From Eledone cirrhosa (lineage: Eukaryota), in NCBI GenBank assembly GCA_964016885.1, contig OZ024743.1, positions 283,154,001 to 283,218,000 of the forward strand: a DNA stretch of 64,000 nucleotides, given 5' to 3'. The position numbers and the translations under genes are program-made. The notes below the pieces were generated by a model. The model did no database searches and was not told the DNA's origin. It saw nothing but the letters and a program-made list of their open reading frames with translations. The first letter of the stretch is position 1. The number at the start of each line of letters is the position of its first letter. This document shows positions 59,705 through 64,000 of the stretch, piece after piece.

Positions 59705-60829
59705 AGAAGGCTAAATGGAAGAAGATATTTGAAACTTTTACATAAAAATGTGTTCAGAAAGAAATCTCTCAAGATTAAAATATTAATTCAATTAGTGTTG
59801 GATTTAGGCACCAGTTAAATGAGCCACAGTTCAGGACGCCACAATCTGTAAGAGCCTCAAAATAATTGCAATGTTTTTTTACAAAAGACCATGTTCTGCA
59901 ACATTGGATTCTCTTCTTTTTCTTTCTTACAATGTAAAATGAATTAATTTGTAATTCTGTTTGTTTTTTTTTTGTTTTTTTATTGTTGTTATTTTGTTCC
60001 TGAAATATTCTGGATACAAGATTTAGAACAATGTGAACTAGTTATAAATTTATGTCGAGATAATGGCAATAAAGTTCAAGACAATAATCTCTAAATATGA
60101 ATCAAATTGAATGCCAGTGAAACAAATCATGACACAACTCTATATTTCAATATTAAAAATTATATATTATTACTTTAAATACCTAACAAGATTATAAAAC
60201 ATATAAAAGCAAAAAATGAATCAGATGGCTCAGAAAACAGTGCCATAAAAATATGAAAACATAATATTGTTGAAAATAGATATGCAAATTTTAACAATAA
60301 AATCGTTTTTGAAACAACATAAAAAACCTCATTGTAATTAGATTTAAATAGAGAGTACAGCATGATATTTAAAACTTAAAACATTCCAGTATTCAAGAAA
60401 ATATATTATTATCATTTTATTACTTCATAGGAATGCTAACATTAATGTTAGCATTAATGTTTCATTCAATTTCTGCTATGATTCTTCAACAAATATCCTT
60501 TAATTCTCAGGAGTTAAAATTTTGAATTATAAGAACTTGGACAATGACGAAAGAAATGAGAAAAACATTGAAACAAATTTTTTATTGGTAAAATAGTTGA
60601 CATAAATTAACTCTTGGTTAAATCCTTTAAGCATGTAGAAAGTAAAGAAAATAAGGATTATTTTATTAAATACATTTAAATCTAACACTTTCATGTAAAT
60701 ATATTTTTTTTAAAAAACCGTGATAAATCCCTGGTATGAATAAAGCCAAAAATAATTATTAAATATTTGAATTATTTCAGTTAGAAAATTTGCATCAACA
60801 AATTCTTGTAATTAAAGTCTTTTGCCAGA

Positions 60830-60995
60830 TGGAGGAAACCATGGCTGTGTTGTTAGGTTGTTTGCTTTGCAATTCTGTGGTTCTGGGTTTGATCCCATCC
60901 TTTGGCACCTGGGGCTTCCATAGCCTCAGATTAACAGATACCTTCTGAGTGGAACTTAGTAGACAGAAACTGTGTTAGAAACTATCATGAGTGTG
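60830..60995 (+). mobile_element. Diverged tRNA-derived SINE with (TG)n tail
   Basis: tggctgtgttgtta (A-box-like) and gggtttgatccc (B-box-like), followed by (TG)n. Confidence 0.5.
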
Positions 60996-61980
60996 TGTAT
61001 GTTTGTGTGTGTGTGCATGTGTTTGCGTGTGTATGCACGTGTTAGTGAGTGTATGTGTGCATGTGCATGTGGGAGTGTGTTTCACCAAAGTATATAAGTA
61101 TATACCTAGAAAACATCCCCTAAGACCCTCCAGTTCATTAACACATACCTAAAAATCTTCAATATCTCTATAATATCAAAGCCTGGCAATATTTTAGAAC
61201 CTTTTATGGCAACCCCACAACCATGACTGCACAGCCTAGACAGCATAAAAATTGCTGAGTGTTGTTCTTTAGTTCTGAAAAATGTATGACCCTATTCAAC
61301 ACATATCCCATCAAATCCTCAGCAAAAGGGCAATCTCTTTGACCTTGTTAAATACTTACCTACTGCTCTTGTTTTCATCATCATCATCATCACCACCACC
61401 ACCACTACTAAGCTTCATCATCATCATCACCAGTGCCAGATTTACCATTGTGTTCAGGTATGCTTAAGCATAGGTCCCTGTTGGTCGGGGATGGAGGGTG
61501 GGAAGATCTTCCTGCCGAAAAAAATGTTTACAATGAATTTTTCATAACTTACTTAGGGCCTCATTTCTTCTAAATCCAGCACTGACCACCATCACCACCA
61601 TTATCATTATCATCATCAACATCATCAGCATTACCATTTTATGTCTATTTTCCATGCTTGTGTGGGTTAGACGGCTTGTCAGATTCTAAGGTTAGACAGG
61701 TTAGATAACTGTGTTTTGTTCATAAATTCCATTCTGGAATGGCTTCTATGACTGGATTCCCTTCTGAATGTCAATCATTTCATGGCACATACTGGATATG
61801 TTTTACTGTGGCATCACCACACACACACTTAATAGGCTGAACTAGGTGTATTTTATCCTGGCAACAGCACTACCATCTTCTTATATATATTGGAGATGGT
61901 TGTAACAACTACCTCATTATCACCCTAAGTTTCTCGCTTCAGTGATCACTAGTATGGTTTCTACTTAGTTATCTACTATA

Positions 61981-62194
61981 CAAGGGTCGGCTGAAAAGTT
62001 CATAGGCTGACTATGAAGGAGTGGTGCTAGGGCTGTGAAATCTTGCATGCATTAATTTTAACTGCTCTTACTCATAACTGCATTGTTTCTTTCCTAGGAC
62101 TATGTTGAAAAATAAACCTCATTTGGTCATCCCTTGAGAGTATCTTGGTCAACCTATGAACTTTCCAGCCTATGAACTTTTCAGCTGACCCTTG
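61981..62194. mobile_element. Tc1/mariner-type MITE
   Basis: 29-bp TIR caagggtcggctgaaaagttcataggctg / cagcctatgaacttttcagctgacccttg (1 mismatch), TA on both sides. Confidence 0.9.
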
Positions 62195-63215
62195 TATGTC
62201 ATGCATCAGTGATTTCTTGAGAACTTTGCCAGTTACAGGCTTATTGTGCTTGACATCAACAAAGTGTTTGAGTGTATCTGACACAAGGACTCTCAGTAAT
62301 TTACCAGTAATTTTCCTGGGACTAATAGGCTCCAGCAGACACTCATTTCAAGAATTAGAAGTTTCCTGCCAGACCATATTGCAGCATACACTGATAGAGT
62401 CTTCTCTATCCCGTATTCTATCAATTCTGGTTATTCTAAAGTTATATAAAGCTATGTCTTTTTACTCTTCCTTTTTGTTCACTAATGATATACTACTTAT
62501 TGTTAATTCTAGGCACACATTTCCATGCAGATGATAACACTCTTCATTCTATAACTTTCTATACATAAGTGTCATTCAAATGTAACCCAGGTACTTCATA
62601 CTAGATCTACACAATCTTCATGAACAGAGTCCTTATGAATACCCTTTAATGAGGACCCCATAACCTAGTCTTCCTCGACACACAAAGAAACAATTGCTCC
62701 ACATCTTAAGGAAGTTTCTTCATACCCCTATAATTACTTTACCTATCTCATACTTTCCCCCATAGTAGCAGCTCCTTTTATGTTCTTTTCTTCCACTTTC
62801 AATCAGAAGAAGTTCAAATTGAACCTTAACTACAATGACCTCAACAGTTGGGCAGACCTTCAGTGGCTATAAGCCCATCACTTTCTTGTATACATAACTA
62901 TTTTCATACTAACTTAATCAAAAGCAGCTTTGGTTCTATGAAACAAAACCCTCCATATGAAAGAGTTCCTATTTAAATTAAAATCTTACAACATAATTTT
63001 ATATAAAAATCATATGTTAAATTACTATCTCAATAATGAAATGATTAATCATTTTAATCCCTAAAAATCATGAATTAATTAATTGAAATACGATCAAGAA
63101 AGGGTTAAATTTACAACGTAAAACATTTCATAATTAGTGTTGATGTTCAGTGCTAAATGTGATATTTAGGGCAATATGTTAGGATCATGACTTATTAATT
63201 CTCATACTTGGATTT

Positions 63216-63318
63216 CTCCTCCTCCTCCTCCTCCTCCTCCTCCTCCTCTTTCTTCTTCTTCTTCTTCTTCTTCTTCTTCTTCTTCTTCTTCTTCTTCTTC
63301 TTCTTCTTCTTCTTCTTC
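63216..63318. repeat. (CCT)n-(CTT)n compound microsatellite
   Basis: Direct inspection. Confidence 0.95.
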
Positions 63319-63352
63319 CAAATGAAAAAGTTCTAGTCCTGTAGAAATCATT

Positions 63353-63923
63353 TCTATATATATATATATATAACTAAGGATGTCTGTCTCTGTGTGTGTG
63401 TCTGTGAGTTTGAATCCCTAACCGATTTTTTTTTTCAAACTTTACATATGTATTACTTATGTTTCAGGGAGTGTTCCGCACATAAACATTTTTTGATCCC
63501 CTAGGGCCCACATTAGGTGAAAAACTACGTTTTTGTAACTATGTATTAGTCAGTCTATTCTTCATGCCATGAGCAAATCCAACTTTTTTATGGGCTAGGG
63601 CCCGCATTAGGTGAAAAACTTCATTTTTTTAGCTTTGTAGGGCTTTTTTGAGGCGTTACATCTAGCCGATTTTCCCAAAATTTCAAGGCATATTATGCAC
63701 ATAAAAAAAGTTCATTTTCTTGATTCCCTAGGGCCCGCATTAGGTGAAAACCTGCAATTTTCCTGCTTCATCGAGGAAAATCTTAAAGATTATCCAGCCA
63801 TCAGAGTATTCGGTTTATTTTCTTTACATATTGTCCAGGCATGCAGTTTTTTCACGATTAGGTCTGTTGGCGGCCCGCGTTCCAAAATATCTTATCCCGT
63901 TCCACGCCGGGTACCACTGCTAG
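63353..63923 (+). mobile_element. Non-autonomous Helitron (~570 bp)
   Basis: 5' TCTATATATA, 3' hairpin cccgttccacgccggg (63896-63911) + CTAG|T; three internal tagggccc(a/g)cattaggtgaaaa repeats. Confidence 0.85.
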
Positions 63924-64000
63924 TATATAATAAAGATACCTATACTCTACCAATGTATTGAGTAGCTTTTTTAACTATGGTTATTTCCCGACACAACACA

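Noticed and set aside
59705-60830. Very AT-rich unique stretch as possible host regulatory or exon sequence
   Set aside because: No ORF, splice pattern or motif that I can support from sequence alone.
62200-62930. Possible remnant of another non-LTR retrotransposon on the minus strand (KYLG-like, LHG-like words)
   Set aside because: Motifs too short and degenerate to support without a profile search.

Overview
AT-rich, microsatellite-dense eukaryotic DNA made almost entirely of transposable elements and tandem repeats. I cannot support any host protein-coding gene, rRNA, tRNA or CRISPR array. The repeat mix (RTE LINEs with (GAT)n tails, tRNA/CORE-type SINEs, abundant (TA)n/(CA)n) resembles an octopus/cephalopod genome; this is inference only. 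Main contents: a 54-bp minisatellite (2.7-6.1 kb); a decayed minus-strand Helitron with both termini (7.9-14.6 kb) carrying a 2.8-kb G-tract/T-tract repeat; a very young LTR retrotransposon (16041-19845; LTRs 251/252 identical, 5-bp TSD) with no tRNA primer-binding site; a decayed LINE (23.6-26.4 kb); Penelope-like remnants with degenerate hammerhead-like motifs; a CsRN1-like Gypsy element (33.3-42.1 kb) interrupted by SINEs and a second Helitron; two copies of a non-coding LTR element with a tRNA-Trp PBS; and a cluster of RTE LINEs (44-59.7 kb) inside (TA)n tracts, including one intact 1022-aa ORF with a PHD-type finger in the RT region. The best leads are retroelement biology: possible self-priming, the PHD finger with (TA)n targeting, a shared LINE/SINE RNA module, and candidate ribozymes. 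None can be called novel without database searches. Coordinates were read by eye and may be off by a few bases.
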